In this document: piece after piece, positions 28,131-37,214 of the stretch
Numbering within the stretch: position 1 is the first letter of the stretch
Layout: every line of letters starts with the position of its first letter
Assembly: GCA_051868045.1 (NCBI GenBank)
Contig: JBJDZN010000082.1
Span: forward strand, 1-40,972
Origin: Eubacteriales bacterium
GTDB taxonomy: Bacteria > Bacillota > Clostridia > Oscillospirales > CAG-272
Reading direction: 5' to 3'
DNA length: 40,972 bases
Position numbers and translations under genes: made by a program
The notes under the pieces: model-generated
What the model was told of the DNA's origin: nothing
Database searches by the model: none
What the model saw: the letters and a program-made list of their open reading frames with translations, nothing else

Positions 28131-28963
28131 ACGATCATCCCTCCCGACTCATTACCGTCTGTGAAACGGTTCATCAGCGTCATGCAGATGACGATCAGGA
28201 TCATCAGTTCAATGGAGATCGCAGCCCCCAACGGGTAATTGTTGGCAGAGACGAACTGCCGCTCGATGGTGTCGCCGATCAGATCAAAGGTACCGCCGCC
28301 CAGCTTCTGGGAAATATAGAAGGTGGAGATGGAGGGGACGAAGACCATGGTGATGCCGGAGACAATTCCCGATACCGACAGGGGCAGGATGACCTTGCCA
28401 AGAACCTGCAAACGGTTGCAGCCGAGATCGGTTGCCGCCTCGATAAGACGGCTGTCCATTTTGGTCATGACCGTGTAGATGGGCAGGATCATATAGGGCA
28501 GGTAACTGTATACCATACCGAAGATGACCGCACCTGAGGTGTTAATCATGGAAAGGGGGGCAAATCCCAGCTTTTGCAGGAAGTTGTTGATCAGTCCCAC
28601 GTTGCCGATGATGGACATCAGCGAGTAGACGCGGATCAGAAAGTTCATCCACATGGGGAGCATGACCAGCATGATCAGCGTTTTCTGGGTTTTGGGCTTT
28701 ACCGAAGAGATATAGTAGGCAATGGGGTAGGCGATCACCAGGCAGATCAGGGTTGCAAGAAGGGAAAAGCCTACCGAACGAAGGAAAATACCCAGATATT
28801 TCGGGGTAAAGGCATCGGCAAAATTCCGGAGAGTGAAGCCACCGTTCCGATCGCTGAAGGCATAAATAAAGACGAAAATCAGCGGAGCCAGAATGAAGAG
28901 GACCGCCCACAGAATATGGGGTGCGACGGCGATTTTCTCAAAGAGATTTTTCTTCTTATTCAT
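28127..28963 (-). CDS. potB: Polyamine ABC permease
   Basis: [28 protein letters not shown]; start at MNKKK overlapping potA end. Confidence 0.92.
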   Translation of the reverse strand: MNKKKNLFEKIAVAPHILWAVLFILAPLIFVFIYAFSDRNGGFTLRNFADAFTPKYLGIFLRSVGFSLLATLICLVIAYPIAYYISSVKPKTQKTLIMLVMLPMWMNFLIRVYSLMSIIGNVGLINNFLQKLGFAPLSMINTSGAVIFGMVYSYLPYMILPIYTVMTKMDSRLIEAATDLGCNRLQVLGKVILPLSVSGIVSGITMVFVPSISTFYISQKLGGGTFDLIGDTIERQFVSANNYPLGAAISIELMILIVICMTLMNRFTDGNESGGMIV

Positions 28964-30113
28964 CCTCTTCGACTGCCTCCTTTGCAATGGGAGCGTCCGG
29001 AGAGGAAAGCGTATCCATTTCATCGCTGAAGGTGGAGTAGTCACCGAACAGGTCGGAGAACTCGGACTTCTTCATGACATGGATCAGGTCCGGGTCAATG
29101 GACAGACCGATCTGTTGACCGACATCCGCCTGATGGGTGGATTCGATCATCCACTTGAAGTGATCGACGTCGGCGATGATCTCGTAGTAGTCGCCCTTGA
29201 AGGTGGTCTGGGTTACGGTGCCGGTCAGCATTCCCTCCCCGGCAGGCAGGATGTCCACGTCCTCCGGACGGATGACAACATCCACAGGCTCATTTGGCGC
29301 AAAGCCTTTGTCGGTGCAACGGAAGGTGTGGTCGGCGAAGGTGACGAGAAAATCCTCGTTCATGATGCCGTCCAGAATGTTGGATTCACCGATAAAATCG
29401 GCAACAAAGGCATTGATCGGTTCATTGTATATCTCAACAGGGGTTCCGATCTGCTGGATTCTGCCGTTTGCCATGACGACAACCTTGTCCGACATGGAAA
29501 GGGCCTCCTCCTGATCGTGGGTAACATAGATGAATGTGATGCCGGTTATTCGCTGCATGTTCTTCAGTTCACGCTGCATATCCTTCCGGAGCTTTAAATC
29601 AAGGGCTCCAAGCGGCTCGTCCAACAGGAGAACCTTTGGCTTGTTGATCAAAGCTCTTGCAATTGCAACCCGCTGCTGCTGTCCGCCGGAGAGAGTGGAA
29701 ATAGATCGTTTTTCGAATCCCACAAGGTTTACCATTCGAAGCATTTCCTTGACCGATTTTCGGATCTCTTTTTCGGGCAGCTTTTTCAGCCTAAGTCCGA
29801 AGGCAATGTTCTCAAAAACGTTCAGATGGGGGAAAAGGGCATATCGCTGGAAAACCGTGTTGATGTTTCGCTTGTAAGGGGGAATATCGGCGATATTTTT
29901 CCCGTCAAACAGGACGGTTCCCTCATCGGGATATTCGAATCCTCCGATAATTCGCAGGGTCGTCGTTTTGCCGCAGCCCGAGGGACCCAGGATCGTGACA
30001 AACTCGTTGCCCCGAATATCCAGATCAATCCCATCCAGCACGGTTTCACCGTCGAAAGATTTGCGGATGCCCCGCAAACTGATGACCACATCCTCTAGTA
30101 CCTGATCATACAT
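28956..30113 (-). CDS. potA: Polyamine ABC ATPase
   Basis: [31 protein letters not shown]; start at MYDQ after AGAGGT. Confidence 0.95.
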   Translation of the reverse strand: MYDQVLEDVVISLRGIRKSFDGETVLDGIDLDIRGNEFVTILGPSGCGKTTTLRIIGGFEYPDEGTVLFDGKNIADIPPYKRNINTVFQRYALFPHLNVFENIAFGLRLKKLPEKEIRKSVKEMLRMVNLVGFEKRSISTLSGGQQQRVAIARALINKPKVLLLDEPLGALDLKLRKDMQRELKNMQRITGITFIYVTHDQEEALSMSDKVVVMANGRIQQIGTPVEIYNEPINAFVADFIGESNILDGIMNEDFLVTFADHTFRCTDKGFAPNEPVDVVIRPEDVDILPAGEGMLTGTVTQTTFKGDYYEIIADVDHFKWMIESTHQADVGQQIGLSIDPDLIHVMKKSEFSDLFGDYSTFSDEMDTLSSPDAPIAKEAVEEDE

Positions 30114-30221
30114 TTCTTTACCTCTTCTACAGGAAATTTTGCACCTAATTATATCAGATTCTGTCGTAAATTGCAATAGTTTTTGAAAGATTCTTTCGAT
30201 TTTTTTCTGTTAAATTCAGGT

Positions 30222-30818
30222 TCAGATTTCCGGGGCAAAACGGTCGCCTTTCAGGAAGACCGAAGCAAACAGCCAGATACAGAAAATCAGCAGGGAAGTC
30301 CCGCCATAGCCGAACAGGACGAAGTAGATTGCCGTCAGCCAGAGCAGAATCAGAACTCCGAAGGACAGGAACTTACGGATTCTGACTGCTGTCCGATCGG
30401 AAAGAAACAGCGAAAGCAGAACCGCCAGTGCCTGACCGCCGTCCAACGAGGAGACAGGAAGCAGATTGAGCAGTCCGAAAAAAAGATTTGTTTCTGCAAA
30501 ACCGGTGAAAAAGGGATTCGGAATGGGATAAAGAAGCAGAAACAGGATCAGATTGGCGGCGGGACCTGCCAGATGAACCCACAGATCGGTGGTCGGCGGG
30601 CAGATCCGAACCCTTCTGTGAATGATCAGCCCGAAGGGGGTGATCGTCATGCCGTCCACCCGTTCTCCAAGGGCAAGAAGCAGGATCAGATGCCCGATTT
30701 CGTGCAAAGCGACGGCAAGAATCACCGACAGGGTTGATGCTGTGGGGTAAAGCAGAATGAAGGCGGAAATGATCAGTGCCGCCGGAAGGGAAATGTGAAT
30801 GAAAAACAATGCCATCAT
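30222..30818 (-). CDS. M50 intramembrane metalloprotease, SpoIVFB-like
   Basis: HEIGH, AGPAAN, NLLPVSSLDGG. Confidence 0.8.
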   Translation of the reverse strand: MMALFFIHISLPAALIISAFILLYPTASTLSVILAVALHEIGHLILLLALGERVDGMTITPFGLIIHRRVRICPPTTDLWVHLAGPAANLILFLLLYPIPNPFFTGFAETNLFFGLLNLLPVSSLDGGQALAVLLSLFLSDRTAVRIRKFLSFGVLILLWLTAIYFVLFGYGGTSLLIFCIWLFASVFLKGDRFAPEI

Positions 30819-30925
30819 CTCCGATGAAAGGATTGATTCATCTATACGAATCTTACCGGGTTTTCATGCCGAACCGTCGGTACGGATGATATACCTGTAA
30901 TACCGGGCGTTTTGAAATAATCCTA

Positions 30926-31039
30926 TTGACATTTATGAAAAATTCAGGTAAAATGAGGAGACATGAAACTCAAATCATCGTTTTTTTGTGGAAATTCCGC
31001 TTTTTCTCCCTTGACATAAACAGAACGTTTTTTTATAAT
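30926..31039 (+). promoter_or_regulatory. Tandem sigmaA promoters for the GH172 gene
   Basis: TTGACA-17-TAAAAT (30926-30954) and TTGACA-17-TATAAT (31011-31039). Confidence 0.7.
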
Positions 31040-31088
31040 GGTGAAAAGATGTCCGAAAAAATCCGTTGTTGGGATGGGAGGATGAATC

Positions 31089-34000
31089 ATGAAAAAAATA
31101 TTGTCGGTTTTTCTGGCGGCAACCATGATAGGCGCAGCCTTTTCGGGAGTCGCTGCAACTTCGTCCGAGGGCTTTTGCACCAATTTGTCGAATATCCGCA
31201 TCATAAACGGTCGATGGCAGGAAGAAAGCGGCGGTCTCCATGCGGTCGGCGACGGGGACTGCTTTGCCATTTCGGATACGGAAGCATCCGACTTTGTCTA
31301 TGAAGCAAAGACGAAAATCAACGGAAACGGCGCAGTCTCCCTGGTTTTCCGATCCAATGACGATGGATCCCAAGCCTATGTCGCCAATGTGGATCTCAAC
31401 CGTGGCGACGCAAGACTGTTCAAATTTCCTGCCGTGGGCACCTTTGAGTTCGGATCCTACGAAGTCGATCGCTCGGTGAAAGAATACACCCTGCGGGTGG
31501 AGGCGGTTCAGAACAGCATCCGCTTCTATGTCAACGGCAATCTCGCCGTAAGTGCCACAGACGAAAGCTACCGGACGGGAAAACTGGGACTTCTGATCTG
31601 GAGCAACGATGCCGTTTTTCAGGATGTGTACTATCAGACCGTCAGCGAAAACGACCGCCCACATTTGACGGCACTTTCGATTCAGGATCGTCCCGATGCC
31701 CTATGGTTTGATGCCTCTCTTCTCGCCTTTCACGGCAGACTGCCCAATTCTGCCGATCGGGTGGAACTGGTCGTCGGAGCTGAAAATGCGGCGTCTGTCA
31801 GCGTATGTGCTGAATACGAAGGTGAAACGGTGGTTCCCGAGACCTCTATCGTAAGCGGCGAGCCGGTTCCGATTCCGCTTGGCGTAGGCGTTACCACCGT
31901 AACCTTCCAATTGACAGGAACCTACACGATAAATTATACCGTCTCCCTTCGTCGGTGTGAGCCGATCAGCGGCGATCTGAATGACGACGGGATCGTTGAC
32001 GAGTCTGATCTTGCAGTTCTGGATGATCTGCTCTCCGGAAGTATTTCCGAAGAAGCCAAACGGCGTGCGGCGGATTTGAACGGAGACGGAAAGATTGATA
32101 CGGAGGATCGAAAGATGTTGGATGAAAAGATCAAAGAAAATTCCGATGCAGCCTATCTGAGCTACACCGATGTGGTTCAAATGATGACCGATCTGCGGGG
32201 ACTTGCTGATCCCGTACTTGAGGGTGAGAACGCCGCAGAAAGCACCTCCTACGATCGCCGCTCCTGCTATGACGAGGCGACGGATAAATACATCCAATGG
32301 GATGCCAACGACGATTGGGGGACGAGCTTTGAGAGAACCGAAGACGGCGGCGTCATCCTTGCCGATCTTGAAGGACCCGGTGCCATTGTCCGTCTGTGGT
32401 CGGCGGAACCCAAAAGCGGTCATGTCAAGATTTACATTGACGGCAGTGCGGTACCTGCAATTGATATGCCCTTTTCCGATTATTTCGGAAGCGCATTCCC
32501 CTTCTGCCTGTCCGAAATCTGCTATGACGCATCCGGCGGAAAGGATTGCTATCTTCCCATAACCTACAATCAGTCCTGCAAGGTTGTCGCCTATGGTGAT
32601 TGGGGACGTTATTTCCATGTGGGCTATCGGACCTTCCCCGACGGTACAACGGTGGAATCCTTCTCGCTCCCTCTCTCGGCAGAGGCGCAGAAGGCACTGG
32701 TTGGAACCGATCGGCTGTTTGCCGGAACATACGATCCCACAGGCAGAGACGACAGCGTTTCGACGGTGAGCCGGGAGGTTACGGTTCCCGCACACGGATC
32801 AGCCGTGTTGTTTGAGACATCGGATTCGGGTGCCATCGTCAGAATTACCGTAAAATGCGAGGATCTTCAGGGAATCGGCGACGATTGGAAGGCACTTTCG
32901 GAGCTGGCGATTTCAGCCTGCTGGGACGGAGAGGAGACTCCATCTGTCTGGACCACGCTCGGAGGCTTTTTCGGCAGTATCTGCGGACTCAATGAGTATT
33001 CCTCTCTGCCCATGGGCGTTACCGGAGACGGAACGCTGTACTGCAACTGGTTTATGCCTTACAGCGACGGCGCAAAGTGGGTTCTGCAAAATGATTCCGA
33101 CCGTGACCGTAAGATCAGCTACAGCATTTCGACGCAGCATCTGACCAAAACCGAAGCGGACGGTCTGCTTCGGTTCCATGCCAAATGGTATCGGCTTGCG
33201 GATCCGGATAAGACAAGCGACCGCTGGCCGGACGCCGAATTTCTCGGCGTACAGGGAAGCGGACGGTTTGTGGGAACCTCTCTTCATGTGTATAAAGCCA
33301 TCGGAACCGGTGACCCTGCCTATAACGCCGATTGGTGGTGGGGAGAAGGCGATGAGAAGTTTTTCGTGGATCACGAAAAATTCCCATCCTGGTTCGGTAC
33401 CGGCAGTGAGGATTATTTCGGATATGCGTGGGGATGCTGGAAAACCTTTGATTACGCCTACCATGCCCAGCCCTTTACCAACGGCGGTATGTTCGGAATC
33501 GGAAACCGTCTGAACAATCGGTTCCACATTATGGACAGCGTTCCGTTTACACAGTCCTTTTCTGCCTGTCTGGAAAAGTATCATCGGGACGGATATGCCT
33601 ATATGGTCGTTACCGATTTCTGGTATATGGAAAAGGGAAGGGCGGACGGCTATGATCCGGTAACTCTTGAGGAGCGTACAGAGTACTATCAGCTGCCTTA
33701 TCCCGAATCGGCAGTCTTCTATGAAGGAGAGGAACTGAAGATACTTGACGCCACCGGTATGCAGAAGGCGGAAACGCAGGAAATGTCGGTCTTCGGAAGG
33801 AATTGGTCCGGCGGCAGTCAGCTGATTTTCAAAGCGTCCCAATACGCATCTGTTCGGTTTTACATCAATGTGCCGAAAACTTCCAAATACCGGATTTCCG
33901 CCAATTTTACCAAGGCAGGCGACTTCGGTGTCGCAGAGCACTTTATCGACGGCAGTCCGTTGGGCGATCCGATTGATCTGTACAATAACGGAGTGATTCG

Positions 34001-34385
34001 TTCGGATTTGATGACCATCGCCGACGAAATCGAGCTTACGGCAGGTCTTCATATTATTGAGGTGCGGATGAATGACAAGAATCCGGCGTCCTCCGGCTAT
34101 TTCTACGGGCTGGACTGTCTGGAACTTACCGATGTGGGTGTAAGCGGCTCCGATGCGGACGGCGACGACGGAACTCCCGACGCCGCAGTCACCGACGCAG
34201 AAACTTCCGGTCATCCGGATCCGGTTGATCCCGATTTGATCGGTGAATCGGACGACGGCATCCCTCAAGATAACGATGACAGGTCTGTGAATTCGAGCCT
34301 TTCTTTGGCGATTGCGCTTGCTTGTGCTGCCGTTCTCGGTATCGGTGTCGGAATCGCATTTTTGGTGAAGAAGCGCAAAAAGTAA
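31089..34385 (+). CDS. Surface-anchored CBM66 / beta-sandwich / dockerin / GH172 (DUF2961) / CBM-like enzyme
   Basis: Signal peptide; SDFVYE..SLVFRS..YVANVD resembles the SacC CBM66; GDLNDDG/ADLNGDG dockerin; WWGEGDE and GTGSEDYFG GH172 motifs; C-terminal TM + KKRKK. Confidence 0.82.
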   Translation: MKKILSVFLAATMIGAAFSGVAATSSEGFCTNLSNIRIINGRWQEESGGLHAVGDGDCFAISDTEASDFVYEAKTKINGNGAVSLVFRSNDDGSQAYVANVDLNRGDARLFKFPAVGTFEFGSYEVDRSVKEYTLRVEAVQNSIRFYVNGNLAVSATDESYRTGKLGLLIWSNDAVFQDVYYQTVSENDRPHLTALSIQDRPDALWFDASLLAFHGRLPNSADRVELVVGAENAASVSVCAEYEGETVVPETSIVSGEPVPIPLGVGVTTVTFQLTGTYTINYTVSLRRCEPISGDLNDDGIVDESDLAVLDDLLSGSISEEAKRRAADLNGDGKIDTEDRKMLDEKIKENSDAAYLSYTDVVQMMTDLRGLADPVLEGENAAESTSYDRRSCYDEATDKYIQWDANDDWGTSFERTEDGGVILADLEGPGAIVRLWSAEPKSGHVKIYIDGSAVPAIDMPFSDYFGSAFPFCLSEICYDASGGKDCYLPITYNQSCKVVAYGDWGRYFHVGYRTFPDGTTVESFSLPLSAEAQKALVGTDRLFAGTYDPTGRDDSVSTVSREVTVPAHGSAVLFETSDSGAIVRITVKCEDLQGIGDDWKALSELAISACWDGEETPSVWTTLGGFFGSICGLNEYSSLPMGVTGDGTLYCNWFMPYSDGAKWVLQNDSDRDRKISYSISTQHLTKTEADGLLRFHAKWYRLADPDKTSDRWPDAEFLGVQGSGRFVGTSLHVYKAIGTGDPAYNADWWWGEGDEKFFVDHEKFPSWFGTGSEDYFGYAWGCWKTFDYAYHAQPFTNGGMFGIGNRLNNRFHIMDSVPFTQSFSACLEKYHRDGYAYMVVTDFWYMEKGRADGYDPVTLEERTEYYQLPYPESAVFYEGEELKILDATGMQKAETQEMSVFGRNWSGGSQLIFKASQYASVRFYINVPKTSKYRISANFTKAGDFGVAEHFIDGSPLGDPIDLYNNGVIRSDLMTIADEIELTAGLHIIEVRMNDKNPASSGYFYGLDCLELTDVGVSGSDADGDDGTPDAAVTDAETSGHPDPVDPDLIGESDDGIPQDNDDRSVNSSLSLAIALACAAVLGIGVGIAFLVKKRKK

Positions 34386-34399
34386 ACTTGCTCATATGC

Positions 34400-34445
34400 A
34401 AAAAAGCAGAGACTTCGATCGGTTGATCGTTGTCTCTGCTTTTGG
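34400..34445. terminator. Bidirectional terminator
   Basis: aaaagcagagac...gtctctgctttt between convergent genes. Confidence 0.75.
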
Positions 34446-34463
34446 TTTGGACCCTTTTTACAC

Positions 34464-35261
34464 TCAAAGATATAGGCTTTTATATTTTCTGGGCGTCAGT
34501 TTGACATGATATTTGAAGAACTTTTCAAATAGGGACACATCGCTGAAGCCGACCGCCTGTCCTACAAGGCTGATGGGAATGTCTGAGGTTGTCAGCAATC
34601 TTTGGGCGACCGACAGTTTTTTCTGGATGATGTACTGCTTGATGGTTACCCCATGCTGCTCTTTGAAAATTTTGGCAATGTAATCCTTGCTGTAGTGAAA
34701 ATGATCACTGATTTCTTCAATGCTCAATGGAGAGGAAATATGATTGTTGATGTATTGGATGATCCCCTCCATTTGAATCCTGTCGGACTCGTTCTTTCTT
34801 GATTCGTACAGAATTTCAAGCAGCAGAAGAAACGAAGCATCCTGCAAAAAACAGTCGGTGTTCTCCCGTGTACTGTACAGACTCAGATTGTTGAACAAAG
34901 TTTGCGCATAGGCGGAATGGGTGGAAATGTGGATGACTTTCGTGTACAGATCATTGTATTTTTCAAGGGTTGAAACGAAGGAAACCGTATAGAAGCTGCA
35001 TGCCCCCTCGGAGGCACGGCTGCCCGAAAGAAGCGTGTACCTTCTGATCAGGTAGGCGTCTCCTGCCGATAGTTCAACATTTTCACCGTTTACCGTCAGA
35101 TATAGCTTGCCCTTGGTCACGAAAATCAGCTCAGAAAGATCCAGAAACCGCTCCTTGTGAATCCAGCCGTCCCGTACGCTGATAAAGTAGGTGCTGGTAA
35201 CGTCAAGTTCTGCCTGCCTGTCGATCTTGTCATAGCTGACACCGGAGGATATATGTATCAT
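34464..35261 (-). CDS. AraC-family transcriptional regulator
   Basis: Cupin N-terminus, double HTH ..VGFSD..F.K.FK...TP..YK. Confidence 0.92.
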   Translation of the reverse strand: MIHISSGVSYDKIDRQAELDVTSTYFISVRDGWIHKERFLDLSELIFVTKGKLYLTVNGENVELSAGDAYLIRRYTLLSGSRASEGACSFYTVSFVSTLEKYNDLYTKVIHISTHSAYAQTLFNNLSLYSTRENTDCFLQDASFLLLLEILYESRKNESDRIQMEGIIQYINNHISSPLSIEEISDHFHYSKDYIAKIFKEQHGVTIKQYIIQKKLSVAQRLLTTSDIPISLVGQAVGFSDVSLFEKFFKYHVKLTPRKYKSLYL

Positions 35262-35262
35262 A

Positions 35263-36843
35263 TCACCAGATTCCTTTCAGTGTGTGGACGGTGATTTCGG
35301 CATTCGGAGTGCCTGCTCTTCCCGTCAGGGTTAAATATCGGATGCCGTAATCGGCAAGGGATGCCGCAACCGAGTAGATCAGTCCGTCGTCAATAAAAAT
35401 CTCGCAGCCCAGTACATCGGAGATGAGCCTGATTTTAATGTCGCCTCCGGTATAGGACAGGGGCATCACGACGTCATCATATGAGAAGGAATTTTCCGAC
35501 ACCTTTACCTGAAATTCATATCCGAAAAAGTTGATTTCGAAATCGGGTGAATTCTTCGGTGCGGTAATTTCGATGTCATAAGCCTTTCGGTGAAGCGGTC
35601 TGTTGAAGCCCTCCGGATTTTGGGTCCTGTAGGTTTCGGTGTTGATGCGCAGGGACTCAAATTCCCGCACGGGCAGAGTCCTGAGACGGTATTCATTTCG
35701 GATTTTGGTCAGGGAGACTTCACAGGGAATGCCCATCTGATTCTCGAATACCGATTCGGGGGCATGGAGGACATCCCAAGCCATCCTGATTCGCCGGTTT
35801 CCGGTGCCGGAAAAGGTCTGACAGGCGTAGCTGGTCCGCTTTCCGTAAAAATAGGGCTTGACTCCCTGTGAGGGGATAAATCCGGCATTTTTTCCACTTC
35901 CGAATTCACCGACCAGATATTTGTCGGAGGCACCGCTGAATATCCATTTGCGGACCCATTTTTCGTTTTCAACCTCAAGCGGATAGATGTCCGGACATTC
36001 TGCATCGCCCGGAAGGACGATCTTCTGCTGAGTCTTCCAGTCAAGCAGATCATCGGAGCGAAGCAGGGCATACTCGTTACCGTCAAGATAGAGCGCAAGC
36101 AGATAGCACTTCTGCTCCTCGCACCAGATCACCTTGGGATCCCGATTGTCTCCGATGATATGTGAGATGACGGGATTGTTTTTGTATTTCCGGAAGGTTG
36201 TGCCCGAATCGGTTGAATATGCCAGACATTGTGTGCTTTTTTTGCCCTGAGAAAGATCAGAGGTGTTTCCGGCAGCCGTGTAGTAGAGAAGAATAACGTT
36301 ATTATCTCCCTCGCGAAGACCGGTGACATTTTTACGGTCTTCGATAGCACTTCCTGAAAACATGGTTCCCATTTCGTCCGGATAAAGGGCATCTTCCAAC
36401 TCGTGCCAGTGGATCAGATCGTCGGAAATGGCGTGTCCCCAGGACATATTTCCCCAGGAGCTGCCCGCCGGGTTGTGCTGATAGAACATATGGTATTTTC
36501 CTTGATAGCAGATCAGCCCGTTCGGGTCGTTGATCCAGCCGATTCTGGACGTAAAGTGTACCATCGGACGCAGCTCTTCTTTGTAAATGCCGGCTGTGGG
36601 AATGGTATCGACAAGGGTGAAGTGTATGTCCGTTCTCGGGTCTGAAGTCAGGGTCAGCGTCAGTCCTTTGAAGCGTTCTACATTGAGATATGTATAGAAT
36701 CTGGGCGTGTTGAAATCAATATGGGCATCAAAATCAAAAACCAAATGACCGTCCTTGAAAAATCTGATTTTTTTCCTTTTTGCATTCATGTTGACGGGGA
36801 TGACCATGTACTTGTTTTTTACGGTAATCTGAACATCTGCCAT
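35263..36843 (-). CDS. Cytoplasmic GH32 beta-fructosidase/levanase
   Basis: WINDPNG, WGHA, FSGS, RDP, ECP; no signal peptide. Confidence 0.92.
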   Translation of the reverse strand: MADVQITVKNKYMVIPVNMNAKRKKIRFFKDGHLVFDFDAHIDFNTPRFYTYLNVERFKGLTLTLTSDPRTDIHFTLVDTIPTAGIYKEELRPMVHFTSRIGWINDPNGLICYQGKYHMFYQHNPAGSSWGNMSWGHAISDDLIHWHELEDALYPDEMGTMFSGSAIEDRKNVTGLREGDNNVILLYYTAAGNTSDLSQGKKSTQCLAYSTDSGTTFRKYKNNPVISHIIGDNRDPKVIWCEEQKCYLLALYLDGNEYALLRSDDLLDWKTQQKIVLPGDAECPDIYPLEVENEKWVRKWIFSGASDKYLVGEFGSGKNAGFIPSQGVKPYFYGKRTSYACQTFSGTGNRRIRMAWDVLHAPESVFENQMGIPCEVSLTKIRNEYRLRTLPVREFESLRINTETYRTQNPEGFNRPLHRKAYDIEITAPKNSPDFEINFFGYEFQVKVSENSFSYDDVVMPLSYTGGDIKIRLISDVLGCEIFIDDGLIYSVAASLADYGIRYLTLTGRAGTPNAEITVHTLKGIW

Positions 36844-36883
36844 AATTTAACCTGCCTTGCCCTTTGCTTTTTTGTATGATTTT

Positions 36884-37010
36884 ATTATAAACGAGAGGAT
36901 GCGGATTGTCAAGATCGAAAAAGAAAAAGTCCGAAAAAAAGAATCATATCGTTTTTTCTCCTTTTTTGCGATTTTTCTCTATTGAAAAACAGACGGCAGC
37001 GTATTATAAT
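36884..37010. promoter_or_regulatory. Divergent sigmaA promoters of the two GH32 genes
   Basis: Minus TTGACA-17-TATAAT (36884-36912); plus TTGAAA-17-TATAAT (36982-37010). Confidence 0.75.
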
Positions 37011-37214
37011 GAAAATACGGGTACGGTCGGCAAAAAACATTTTTCAGACCGAAGAAAAACTATACCGTACATTCTGCCACCGGAGACGCAACGCCTGTGA
37101 TCCTTCTTTTTCTTGGACCCGGCATTTGCGTTGCTGTGATTTGTCTGAAGAAGAGAAGACTTAGCTGAGCCCGGATCAAAAGATTCAAAGTGCAAATTTC
37201 TGAAGGGATTGACT

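Noticed and set aside
30963-31019. 18-codon ORF MKLKSSFFCGNSAFSPLT
   Set aside because: RBS-like sequence sits at the predicted transcription start and the ORF overlaps the second promoter; no supporting features.
14762-34445. cagagac..gtctctgctttt hairpins at 14767 and 34407 as a REP family
   Set aside because: Only two short copies, both explained as terminators.
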